The position numbers and the translations under genes are program-made. Of a DNA stretch of 64,000 nucleotides, positions 27,210 to 35,087 are shown in pieces (position 1 is the first letter of the stretch; each line of letters opens with the position of its first letter). The stretch comes from a virus. The notes under the pieces are model-generated. The model worked only from the letters and a program-made list of their open reading frames with translations, did no database searches and had not been told where the DNA came from. The DNA lies in the IMG/VR virus record IMGVR_UViG_3300025133_000077, positions 1-64,000 of that record. The stretch is one strand, 5' to 3'.

Positions 27210-27538
27210 CCGAGCCCCTCATCAAGTGGCAGAGCTGGGAGGTCGTCGGTGTGGAGGTCTTCCTCTGGGCCGACGACCTCCCGGAACACACCAACCCGCT
27301 CACGGACCTCCCCACCATCACCGAGGAGGAGGGCATCAAGGAGGGCGACTACGTCATCGTCGGGAGCATCCTCGGGTGGGTCAAGGCGAGGATCTACAGC
27401 GGGGAGGGGAGCCTGTACGCCAAGAGCGACACCGGCTCCATGATGTACTTCCTGGAGTTCGCCAAGGACGCTCGAAAGTGCTGGGTCTGCATCGGCTCCG
27501 GCAACCTCGCGGCCATCAAGAAGCTGGAGCTGAAGTGA
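27206..27538 (+). CDS. Hypothetical protein
   Basis: ATGA-coupled; begins MTEPLIKWQSW. Confidence 0.6.
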   Translation: MTEPLIKWQSWEVVGVEVFLWADDLPEHTNPLTDLPTITEEEGIKEGDYVIVGSILGWVKARIYSGEGSLYAKSDTGSMMYFLEFAKDARKCWVCIGSGNLAAIKKLELK

Positions 27539-27828
27539 CGAAGACGGAGCTGATCGAGAGGGTCGCCGAGAACCTGGACATGGGGGGCAACAAAGCCCTG
27601 AAGAAGGGCCTAGTGGCCGACGTTCTGGGGTGTATACTCGACGAGGTCGAGGGCGCGATGCGGGACAAGATCGAAGTGAAGATCGAGGGCTTCGGCACCC
27701 TGAAGCCCGTGTTCCACGCAGAGCGCTCACAGCACAACATCCAGACAGGCAGGACGGTCGTCCGAGAGGCTGGCTACAGCCTCCGCTTCCGTCCCGCCAA
27801 GCGCCTCAAGCAGGCGTTGAAGGAGTGA
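27535..27828 (+). CDS. HU/IHF family DNA-binding protein
   Basis: MTKTELIERVAE...VKIEGFGTL...NIQTG...FRPAKRLK. Confidence 0.88.
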   Translation: MTKTELIERVAENLDMGGNKALKKGLVADVLGCILDEVEGAMRDKIEVKIEGFGTLKPVFHAERSQHNIQTGRTVVREAGYSLRFRPAKRLKQALKE

Positions 27829-27830
27829 TC

Positions 27831-28004
27831 GTGGAGAAGTACGGCGTCGTGACCGAGAAGCCCAAGCCCGGCGAGAAGACCGCGGCCCGCAACGACCAGG
27901 AGAGGCGCGGCTCGAACGTGCCCATCTCCGACTCCCAGGGCACGAAGCCCTGGGAACCCAAGAGCCCTCCGCCGCTGAAGAAGCCGGCGACCCCCAACAA
28001 GTAG
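27831..28004 (+). CDS. Small hypothetical protein with a KTAA motif
   Basis: AGGAG SD; MEKYGVVTEKPKPGEKTAARND...GTKPWE. Confidence 0.55.
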   Translation: MEKYGVVTEKPKPGEKTAARNDQERRGSNVPISDSQGTKPWEPKSPPPLKKPATPNK

Positions 28005-28062
28005 ACCTCCTCTCCTGAGGAGCCAGAGACGGGCCTGTGACGCAGGCTCGAAGGAACCCCCT

Positions 28063-29274
28063 ATGGCCAAACGAAAGACCGCGACCCGCGGCCCCACCCG
28101 CAAGGAGCGCCTCGAGGCGTTCGAGAAGCACGTCGGCAAGGAGTACAAGGGCAAGGGCCTGCTGATGAACGGGGACGAGTACGAGGCGCCCTTCATGGTG
28201 CGCCGGATCCCCACCGGCATCCTGGAGCTCGACCTCGCCCTGAACGGCGGCTTCCCCTGTGGCGGCGTCTCCGAGATCATCGGAGCCGAGTCCTCGGGCA
28301 AGACCACCCTGCTCAACCAGGTGTTCCGGTACCAGCAGCAGATCCTCGGTGACGAGGCCGCCCTCGCCATCGGCATGACCGAGCAGCCCTTCGACAGAGG
28401 CCACGCCAAGTTCAACTGCGGCGTCGACGTCGCCATCCACCCGAAGGAGATCGACGCCATCGAGGCCACGCTGAAGCGGAAGCTCACCAAGGAGGAACGG
28501 ACCGCGCTGGGCAGCCAGACGGGCTACTTCAAGGAGCTGGTCGCCGGCACCGTCGAAGCGCTGTACGACATGCTCCTCGACGCCGTCGCGTCCAAGGCGT
28601 TCCACGTCATCGGCCTGGACTCCTGGGGCTCCATCCTCACCGAGGCGGAGCACGACTCCACCATGCAGGACAAGAAGTACGCCGGCGGCGGCGGGGCCAG
28701 CGTCAACGCCTCCTGGGCTCGGCGCCTCTCCCCCGAGTTCGTCATCCCCAAGGACGGGGAGCGCAACTACACCGCGCTGATCGGGATCAACCAGTACCGC
28801 GTGAAGATGAACGCCAACCCCAAGGCCGGGGCCATGAAGCAGATGAGCGTGCAGGGCGGCTACGCCCTCAAGCACATCAAGCTGGTCTCGATCTTCCTGG
28901 AGTCGTTCGATCTCACCGAGGAGGTCCGCGGCCGGCGCACCACCGTCGGCAAGCGCGTCAAGTGGACCGTGATGAAGGGGAAGGCCGGCTGCCACGACGG
29001 ACACAAGGGCGAGTACGAGATCCGCTACGGCCTCGGCATCGATGTGCTCCGCGAGCACCTGATGGCGGGCCTGCTCCGCGGGGTCGTGGCCAACAAGGGG
29101 GCCTGGTACTACCTGCTGGACCCTGATGACGGCACGGAGGTCTTGAAGGCCTGCGGCAAGGACGCCTTCCTCGACCTGCTCAAGAACGAAGACGGAGCCC
29201 TGGAGTGGCTCCGCGACGCCGTCATCGACTACGAGGTCCGCGAGAACGGCGCCTCCTTCATCCCACCTCGATGA
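28063..29274 (+). CDS. recA: RecA/UvsX-like recombinase
   Basis: IPTGILELDLALNGGFP.G...EIIGAESSGKTT; LDS; INQYR; GGYALKH; GAWY. Confidence 0.92.
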   Translation: MAKRKTATRGPTRKERLEAFEKHVGKEYKGKGLLMNGDEYEAPFMVRRIPTGILELDLALNGGFPCGGVSEIIGAESSGKTTLLNQVFRYQQQILGDEAALAIGMTEQPFDRGHAKFNCGVDVAIHPKEIDAIEATLKRKLTKEERTALGSQTGYFKELVAGTVEALYDMLLDAVASKAFHVIGLDSWGSILTEAEHDSTMQDKKYAGGGGASVNASWARRLSPEFVIPKDGERNYTALIGINQYRVKMNANPKAGAMKQMSVQGGYALKHIKLVSIFLESFDLTEEVRGRRTTVGKRVKWTVMKGKAGCHDGHKGEYEIRYGLGIDVLREHLMAGLLRGVVANKGAWYYLLDPDDGTEVLKACGKDAFLDLLKNEDGALEWLRDAVIDYEVRENGASFIPPR

Positions 29275-29483
29275 TCCTCGCTGCTGTAGCGATCATCTCT
29301 GTCTCTGCCGTGATCGGGTTCCTTCTCGGAACCCACCTGCTCGGTCAGCGACGGCGCAGGGTGCCCCTCAACGACAGCGGCTACGGAAGGCCCTGCCCTG
29401 TCTGCGGGGCGGGGCCTACCACTCTGTGCCGCGAAGACGGCGCCACGCTCCTGTGGGAGATGCACGAGAGGAGAGCAGGATGA
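29271..29483 (+). CDS. Small membrane-anchored Zn-ribbon protein
   Basis: N-terminal transmembrane helix, then CPVC...C...H..R. Confidence 0.55.
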   Translation: MILAAVAIISVSAVIGFLLGTHLLGQRRRRVPLNDSGYGRPCPVCGAGPTTLCREDGATLLWEMHERRAG

Positions 29484-29911
29484 GGCTCTACTTGCGAGTC
29501 GCCGGAGGAGACTGGTTCTCTGGCTTCGCCGTAGTCGACATCGGCGCGGAGTACCTCAACACGCTTCGGCGCCGGCTGCAGCGCATCCAGCAGATGCACG
29601 AGCAGGACTCCGAGGCGTACCGGCACGTCTACTGGGACGGCTCCCCCGACATCTTCGAGGGAGACCCCTTCGAGGGCCAAGCGCCGCAGGCACAGGCCGA
29701 GCTGCAGATGAACTGCGTCGACGCCTACGGAGGCGTCTACTGGAAGTGGGTCATCAAGCACACCAATCGCGATCTGTACACCGAGATCCTGAAGCTGCCC
29801 CAGATCGAAGAGGCCCTGGCCGACGGAGGGTTCTGGGTCAGCCCGGAGCTGCAAGATCTGTGGCTGGAAGACGGGATAAGCGAGGCAACACCCACCATGG
29901 AGAAGCACTGA
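29480..29911 (+). CDS. Hypothetical protein
   Basis: ATGA-coupled with SD; begins MRLYLRVAGG. Confidence 0.6.
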   Translation: MRLYLRVAGGDWFSGFAVVDIGAEYLNTLRRRLQRIQQMHEQDSEAYRHVYWDGSPDIFEGDPFEGQAPQAQAELQMNCVDAYGGVYWKWVIKHTNRDLYTEILKLPQIEEALADGGFWVSPELQDLWLEDGISEATPTMEKH

Positions 29912-30441
29912 TGCACCCGATCACCAACACGGACCTGCTGGTCCTTGACCTCGACCAGACGGTCCGAGGGAACGCTGTCGCCAACTGGCGCCCGCCCAAC
30001 GACACCGGCGAGCAGTTCATCTACCCCGGCGTCGCTCAGGTCCTCGCGACCTACGTGGACTCCGGCGTCACGGTGAAGTTCGCCACCAACCAGGGCGGCA
30101 TCGAGGCGGGGCACATCACCCGCATGAAGACCGAGGAGATCCTGGAGGAGACGATGGATCTCCTCAACAAGGAGATCGGTCGGGAGATCTTCGACCTCGA
30201 CGACGTGGCGTACTGCCCCGCCGTCAACCGCAACCACCCCAACCGGAAGCCCAACCCCGGCATGCTCGACGGCTGGGCCAAGTACGAAGGGATCGGGAAA
30301 TCCGATGAGGCGCGGCTGCGGTGCACGTACATCGGGGACCGCAACTCCGACCAGCAGGCCGCCCACAACGCGGGGTTCGAGTTCATGTGGGCCTGGGACT
30401 TCTTCGAGAACGTCCCCGAGCGCCCGGAGAACAAGCGATGA
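29911..30441 (+). CDS. HAD-IIIA phosphatase (polynucleotide 3'-phosphatase/GmhB-like)
   Basis: DLDQT, TNQGG, RKPNPGM and GD...D motifs. Confidence 0.88.
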   Translation: MHPITNTDLLVLDLDQTVRGNAVANWRPPNDTGEQFIYPGVAQVLATYVDSGVTVKFATNQGGIEAGHITRMKTEEILEETMDLLNKEIGREIFDLDDVAYCPAVNRNHPNRKPNPGMLDGWAKYEGIGKSDEARLRCTYIGDRNSDQQAAHNAGFEFMWAWDFFENVPERPENKR

Positions 30442-30623
30442 GCACCCTGACGGTGAGCTTCAAGACGCCGGACGCCTTGGATGACGCCCTGGAGGGCCTG
30501 GAAGAGGGCTCCCTGGAACGAGAGAAGGCCGAGGCAGTGGCCGAGATCTTCATCAAGTACGGGGAGTACGTCACCATCGAGATCGACGTCGAGGCCAGCA
30601 CCGCACGGGTGGTGAGGGCGTGA
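30438..30623 (+). CDS. Small hypothetical protein
   Basis: Coupled at both ends; MSTLTVSFKTPDALD...YGEYVTIEID. Confidence 0.6.
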   Translation: MSTLTVSFKTPDALDDALEGLEEGSLEREKAEAVAEIFIKYGEYVTIEIDVEASTARVVRA

Positions 30624-31120
30624 AGGACTGCCCCAGCTGCGGGTCGAACTCCTGGAAGCCCTTCTTGGGGCAGGACCGCAAGCTCCAGTGCCGGAGCTGC
30701 GAGAGGGTCTTCCCCAAGAAGGATCTGAAGACCAAGGAGAAGAAGCGCAGCCACGGGCGAGGAGCAGCCAGGCAGCGGATCCGCCGGAGCAGGAACAACG
30801 AGTTCCGGCGGGCCGCTGCCATCGGCGGGGAAGTCACCCCTGGTTCCGGCAACCGAGGAGCCTTGTCCGTGGGCGCCGACGTGTTCCTGAAATCTGTCCT
30901 CCGCGAGGAGGATAAGGAGACCGAGGCCTCGAGCTACTCGATCAAGTTCGCCGAGCTGATGAAGGTCGAGCGGCAGGCCAAGGCGAATGGCGAGCTCCCC
31001 GCTCTGCGGTTCATGTTCCTTAGGGATCGCCAGCGGCATCCCTACATCGTGCTGCGCGAAGAAGACTTCGATCAGCTGCTGACTCTGCTTAGGAGAGAAG
31101 TTGAAGATCCACACTCTTGA
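30620..31120 (+). CDS. PD-(D/E)xK nuclease, Holliday junction resolvase-like, with N-terminal Zn ribbon
   Basis: CPSC..CRSC; E...A..IGG..TPGSG...DV...EDKET. Confidence 0.65.
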   Translation: MKDCPSCGSNSWKPFLGQDRKLQCRSCERVFPKKDLKTKEKKRSHGRGAARQRIRRSRNNEFRRAAAIGGEVTPGSGNRGALSVGADVFLKSVLREEDKETEASSYSIKFAELMKVERQAKANGELPALRFMFLRDRQRHPYIVLREEDFDQLLTLLRREVEDPHS

Positions 31121-31931
31121 CGACCTGAAGAGGGCGGGCGAAGCCGTGGCGATGGGGGTCTTCAAGACCTTCTCGTTCCGCAACGACCTGCTCAAGTACA
31201 TGCGGGAGCACCGCAACCGGCGGAGCGGGGACCGGACGACCAAGGAGTTCTTCTGCCACCCCTGTGAGGGCACGGGAACCCTCAAGGAGCGCCCGCGCTC
31301 CGTCGACGTGCTGCACCCGTCCAGCTTCGGTCCCTACGGCTGCCACCAGCGGCTCTGGTACGACTTGCACGGCGTCATCGAGGAGGTCAGCTGCTTCGAC
31401 CCGGAGCTGCTGCTCATCTTCGATGTGGGCCACTCCCTGCACGGGATGCTGCAGACCTACGCCCACCGGATGTACGGGGACGCCTTCGAGGACGAGGTGC
31501 GGACGAAGGACAGGCTCGGGCTGATCAGCGGCTCCACGGACGGCCTCTGGACCTTCCCGAGGATGCGGATCATCTGGGAGATCAAGACCATCAACCGGAA
31601 GGGGTTCGAGGGCCTGTCCAAGCCGAAGCCGGAGCACATCTGGCAGGCGATGACCTACGCCCGCCTGAACAACGTCCCCTTCATCCTCTTCACCTACATC
31701 TGCAAGGACAACTCCCAGATCGTCGAGTACTACGTCCTCTACGACGAGGAGATCTGGCAGAAGGTCAACGCCTTCATCACCGCCGTCATCGAGTGCGACT
31801 CGGATGACGGACCTGGCGCGACCACCGCCCTGGGCAAGCCGGTGAACAAGTTCGCCTGCAAGAGCTGCGGCTACCGCAGCGAATGCGTCGTCAGCAAGTA
31901 CCAGCCGCCGAGGAGGAGGAAGCAGCGATGA
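31101..31931 (+). CDS. Cas4/RecB-family exonuclease
   Basis: HPSS...C; G..LH; GSTDG...WEIKT; Q...Y; C-terminal CKSCGYRSEC. Confidence 0.8.
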   Translation: MKIHTLDDLKRAGEAVAMGVFKTFSFRNDLLKYMREHRNRRSGDRTTKEFFCHPCEGTGTLKERPRSVDVLHPSSFGPYGCHQRLWYDLHGVIEEVSCFDPELLLIFDVGHSLHGMLQTYAHRMYGDAFEDEVRTKDRLGLISGSTDGLWTFPRMRIIWEIKTINRKGFEGLSKPKPEHIWQAMTYARLNNVPFILFTYICKDNSQIVEYYVLYDEEIWQKVNAFITAVIECDSDDGPGATTALGKPVNKFACKSCGYRSECVVSKYQPPRRRKQR

Positions 31932-32506
31932 CCGGACGAAGCCGCGGGCGCCGTCGCCTGAAGGCGGACATGGAAGAGAAGCACGAGAAGGCCGCCGAGC
32001 TGTACGCGAAGGCGTACGACGAGGGGGTGGAGGAGCTCATGGGCAAGGGAGTGGATCTGTCCGTGGAGCCGCCCGAGCTGGACTTCGACGGCTCCATCCC
32101 CACCAACCTGCCCGACCTGGACTCCCGAGAGCTGGGAGACCTGCTGGGCCAGTGCACCGAGTGGTTCAACTACGTCTCGCGGCTGATGGCTCTCGTCGAC
32201 GCCCGCAAGACCACCCTGGAGCAGGCGCTCAAGGCCGCGGAGGCCGAGGTCCGCCGAGAGCTGACGCGTGACGCAGAGACCAAGAAGTACGAGAAGGACG
32301 ACGCCGTCCGCCTCGACGTCCGGGTGGTCAGCCTGCGCTACGAGTTCCTGCGGGCCGAGGTCCAGCACATCCTGCTGTACCGCAGCATCGTCCCCACATC
32401 GGAGAAGGCGTACGCCGCCGTCAGCCGAGAGGTGAGCCGTCGGGACCAGGAGCAGCACCAGCACAACCGCACGGGCGCCGTGGGGCGGCGCAGGAAGGGA
32501 CGCTGA
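31928..32506 (+). CDS. Coiled-coil protein, possible UvsY-like recombination mediator
   Basis: Helical; ends SREVSRR; lies between the exonuclease and the resolvase. Function is inferred. Confidence 0.45.
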   Translation: MTGRSRGRRRLKADMEEKHEKAAELYAKAYDEGVEELMGKGVDLSVEPPELDFDGSIPTNLPDLDSRELGDLLGQCTEWFNYVSRLMALVDARKTTLEQALKAAEAEVRRELTRDAETKKYEKDDAVRLDVRVVSLRYEFLRAEVQHILLYRSIVPTSEKAYAAVSREVSRRDQEQHQHNRTGAVGRRRKGR

Positions 32507-33090
32507 TGCCCGAGCTGCTGGTCGTCTACCCCGAGCTCCCCCTGACATCGAACCACGCCTACGCCACGGTGCGCGGAGACATGCGCGTGCTCAAGACGGA
32601 GGGGAAGCGGTGGAAGCGAAAGTTCCACGACTTCCTGTGGGAGAAGTATGGAGTGGCCCTGGACGAGCTGCTTACGTCTGCCGGCGACACCCAATGGTTG
32701 CTGGTCTCCTACCACTTCTTCTTCCCCTCCCTCGTGAACGCGGCCTTCATGGAGCGGCACAAGACCTCCCTGCCGGAGAGGCCGGGGAAGCGGGGGAAGA
32801 AGAAGATCACCCTGCCTGCTCAAGTGAAGGGGGAGCGGAAGACCCAGGTGCGCTTCAAGAAGCTCGACGCGAGCAACCGCCTGAAGCTCGTCGAGGACGC
32901 CCTGTCCGAGTCCCTCGACTTCGACGACAGCCGATTCCAGCTGGGGCCCGTGCTCAAGTACATGGACCCCGACAACCCGCGAACCGAGCTGCTGATTGAA
33001 GTCGTCGATCCGGTCGACTTCGGTGTTCCAGAGGAGTACGTTCGTGATCCCTCAAGTGCCGTGCCCGGCTCACGGCACGTTCGCCGATAG
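32506..33090 (+). CDS. RusA-like Holliday junction resolvase
   Basis: PLTSNHAY...; DASNRLKLVEDAL...DDS matches the RusA D.dN..K...D pattern. Confidence 0.75.
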   Translation: MPELLVVYPELPLTSNHAYATVRGDMRVLKTEGKRWKRKFHDFLWEKYGVALDELLTSAGDTQWLLVSYHFFFPSLVNAAFMERHKTSLPERPGKRGKKKITLPAQVKGERKTQVRFKKLDASNRLKLVEDALSESLDFDDSRFQLGPVLKYMDPDNPRTELLIEVVDPVDFGVPEEYVRDPSSAVPGSRHVRR

Positions 33091-33418
33091 CCAGGGCCGA
33101 ATCCGCTACGCCCGTTCCGAGTCCAGGGTCATCTGCTTGATGGAGCGCTACTCCGCATGCTCCGACTGCGAGCACAGGAACTTCTCCCTGCTGGTGCTGA
33201 AGGGCGACAGCGAGGTGTCCTGCCCCATCCTGGAACAGGTCCTGGACGGAACCACCTGCGATGATGACCCGGTGCGGATCGCCGACGTCCAACGCATTCG
33301 GAAAGGAGGTGCGATCGACAGCTCGAACGTCACCATCGCCGCCTGCAACTCTTCCCCCCTTCAATCCTGTGCTGGATGTGAGGTCCGAAGGACATGGCTC
33401 TGCTCGACGAAGAAATGA
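33044..33418 (+). CDS. Cys-rich hypothetical protein
   Basis: GAGGAG SD before GTG; many Cys residues. Confidence 0.5.
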   Translation: MIPQVPCPAHGTFADSQGRIRYARSESRVICLMERYSACSDCEHRNFSLLVLKGDSEVSCPILEQVLDGTTCDDDPVRIADVQRIRKGGAIDSSNVTIAACNSSPLQSCAGCEVRRTWLCSTKK

Positions 33419-33711
33419 ACCTCACCGAGCTCCTGGCCTGCGCGGAAGCGCAGCAGCTGGGGGTTCTCCGGAGGAGCATCCCCCGCAAGAGGCTCGAGAG
33501 GATCGTGGAAGGGGAGGAGTCCCCTCGCGACTCGGACGAGTGCTCCACCATGGACCTGCGCAAGGCCACCACTCGCTTCGTCGCCCGCTACCGGGACCGG
33601 ATCACCCTGCCGATTAGCGCCGGCGGGGTGGAGTGCAGCGGGGATTGCACGTCCCACGGCTGTCCCGCAGCCATCGCGATCAACTGCAACCACGACATCA
33701 AGCGGCGATGA
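33394..33711 (+). CDS. Cys-rich hypothetical protein
   Basis: C-terminal CSGDC..HGC......C. Confidence 0.6.
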   Translation: MALLDEEMNLTELLACAEAQQLGVLRRSIPRKRLERIVEGEESPRDSDECSTMDLRKATTRFVARYRDRITLPISAGGVECSGDCTSHGCPAAIAINCNHDIKRR

Positions 33712-34511
33712 CCATCGCTGCGAACACCTGCCTCTCTTGCCTCTCCATCGCGGAGTGCGCTGACGCGAGGAAGGCCGGACCAGATCGACTTACGGAACAC
33801 TCCTGTTCCTCCTGGAGCAAGGCTCCTTCCTTCGTCCTGGCTGCCCGCCAGGACACCCTGAAACTGGGCCGCCCGGGGGCGCTCGCGCTCCTGAACACGC
33901 CCACCCACCTGACCGGAATCGAGACACCTGACATGGCCAACGAGAAGTACGAAGCGCGACAGGAAGAGCTGTCCAACAAGCACCGCCCCGCCCTCAAGCG
34001 GGAGCTCAACGCCCTGCTCAAGCCCCTCTCGGGCAAGCAGCTGCGGGCCGCCCTGCAGACCTTCAAGCCCGAGGAGGACTGGCCCGCGGACGACGACGAC
34101 GCGAAGAAGCGCGCGAACGCGCTGTCGCTGCGCACCCCGCAGCAGGAGATGGTCGAGTCCCTGCTCGCCATCGAGTTCCCCGCCGAGACCGAGGGGGAGG
34201 AGGAGGTCGAGGAGAAGCCCGCGGCCAAGCCGAAGCGGGCCGCCCGCAAGAAGGCGGCGCCCAAGAAGGCGGCTGCCCCGAAGGAAGAGGCCGCGGATGA
34301 GTCCGGCGTCGGGGCCAAGGTCGCCGAGCTCGGCGTCGTCCTGAACGACGTCGCCACCTTCATGGAGGAGGAGCGCGAGGCCCGCATCAAGTTCGAGGAG
34401 AACGTCGGCCTGGCCCTGGTGGTCATCGCCAACGGCGTCGACCTCGAGAACGGCTACGGCAGCCTCGAGGAGATCGTCGAGTTCGGCAAGGAGCTGACCG
34501 CGGAGGGGTAG
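33708..34511 (+). CDS. Hypothetical protein with histone-H1-like Lys/Ala/Pro patch (true start may be further downstream, at MANEKYE)
   Basis: KPAAKPKRAARKKAAPKKAAAPK between acidic segments. Confidence 0.6.
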   Translation: MTIAANTCLSCLSIAECADARKAGPDRLTEHSCSSWSKAPSFVLAARQDTLKLGRPGALALLNTPTHLTGIETPDMANEKYEARQEELSNKHRPALKRELNALLKPLSGKQLRAALQTFKPEEDWPADDDDAKKRANALSLRTPQQEMVESLLAIEFPAETEGEEEVEEKPAAKPKRAARKKAAPKKAAAPKEEAADESGVGAKVAELGVVLNDVATFMEEEREARIKFEENVGLALVVIANGVDLENGYGSLEEIVEFGKELTAEG

Positions 34512-34522
34512 CAGCCCGTCCA

Positions 34523-34804
34523 GTGCGGGAGGCTGCGAGTGGGAAGTCGGCGCCGAAGAAGCGCCGGCCTCCTGCTCGCAGTGCCGGACGGGTCGATCCC
34601 CCGACCGACGAGGACCTCGTCCGGGTGAACTCGGAAGAACTCCGGGGCATGACGGACGAAGAGCTGGTGAAGTGGGCGTCCACGATCCTGGGTCTGCAGA
34701 TCCAGGAGGCCGACCTGGTCTACAAGGGCGACCGCATCGTGGGCTACAAGCGATCCAGGATCCTCACCAGGATCCTGCAGCTCGCCTACCTCGTCGAGGA
34801 GTAG
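34523..34804 (+). CDS. Hypothetical protein
   Basis: Last plus-strand ORF; GC3-biased. Confidence 0.55.
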   Translation: MREAASGKSAPKKRRPPARSAGRVDPPTDEDLVRVNSEELRGMTDEELVKWASTILGLQIQEADLVYKGDRIVGYKRSRILTRILQLAYLVEE

Positions 34805-34806
34805 AG

Positions 34807-34834
34807 GGTGAGCCGGTCTGCGGACCGGCTCACC
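34807..34834. terminator. Hairpin at the convergence of the replication and tail operons
   Basis: Perfect 12-bp stem GGTGAGCCGGTC-TGCG-GACCGGCTCACC. Confidence 0.7.
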
Positions 34835-35087
34835 GCCCCCTCTTCTTAGCGTGCAACCGCGTCGTGCGGCTCTTGGCGATCTCCGTCACCCGGTTCTGGT
34901 GCTCCGCGTAGTCGGCGCTCCGCGCGTGCACCTGCTTGCGCCTTCGCTCGACCTTCCACGGCGTGTCGACCACGAGCGTGGCCGCTGGAGACATCTGGGA
35001 CGGCTGCGGCTCTCGAACGGGGGCCCTGCGCCGCGGGGCAGTGCGGGTGCCCTGCTTCTGCTTCTCGGCGAGGTCCCGCGGGTTCAC
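34830..35087 (-). CDS. Small basic hypothetical protein
   Basis: GTGA-coupled to the upstream 1838-aa gene. Confidence 0.5.
   Translation of the reverse strand: MNPRDLAEKQKQGTRTAPRRRAPVREPQPSQMSPAATLVVDTPWKVERRRKQVHARSADYAEHQNRVTEIAKSRTTRLHAKKRGR

Noticed and set aside
31101-31931. CRISPR-Cas system
   Set aside because: Only a solo Cas4-like nuclease is present. I saw no repeat-spacer array and no other cas genes.
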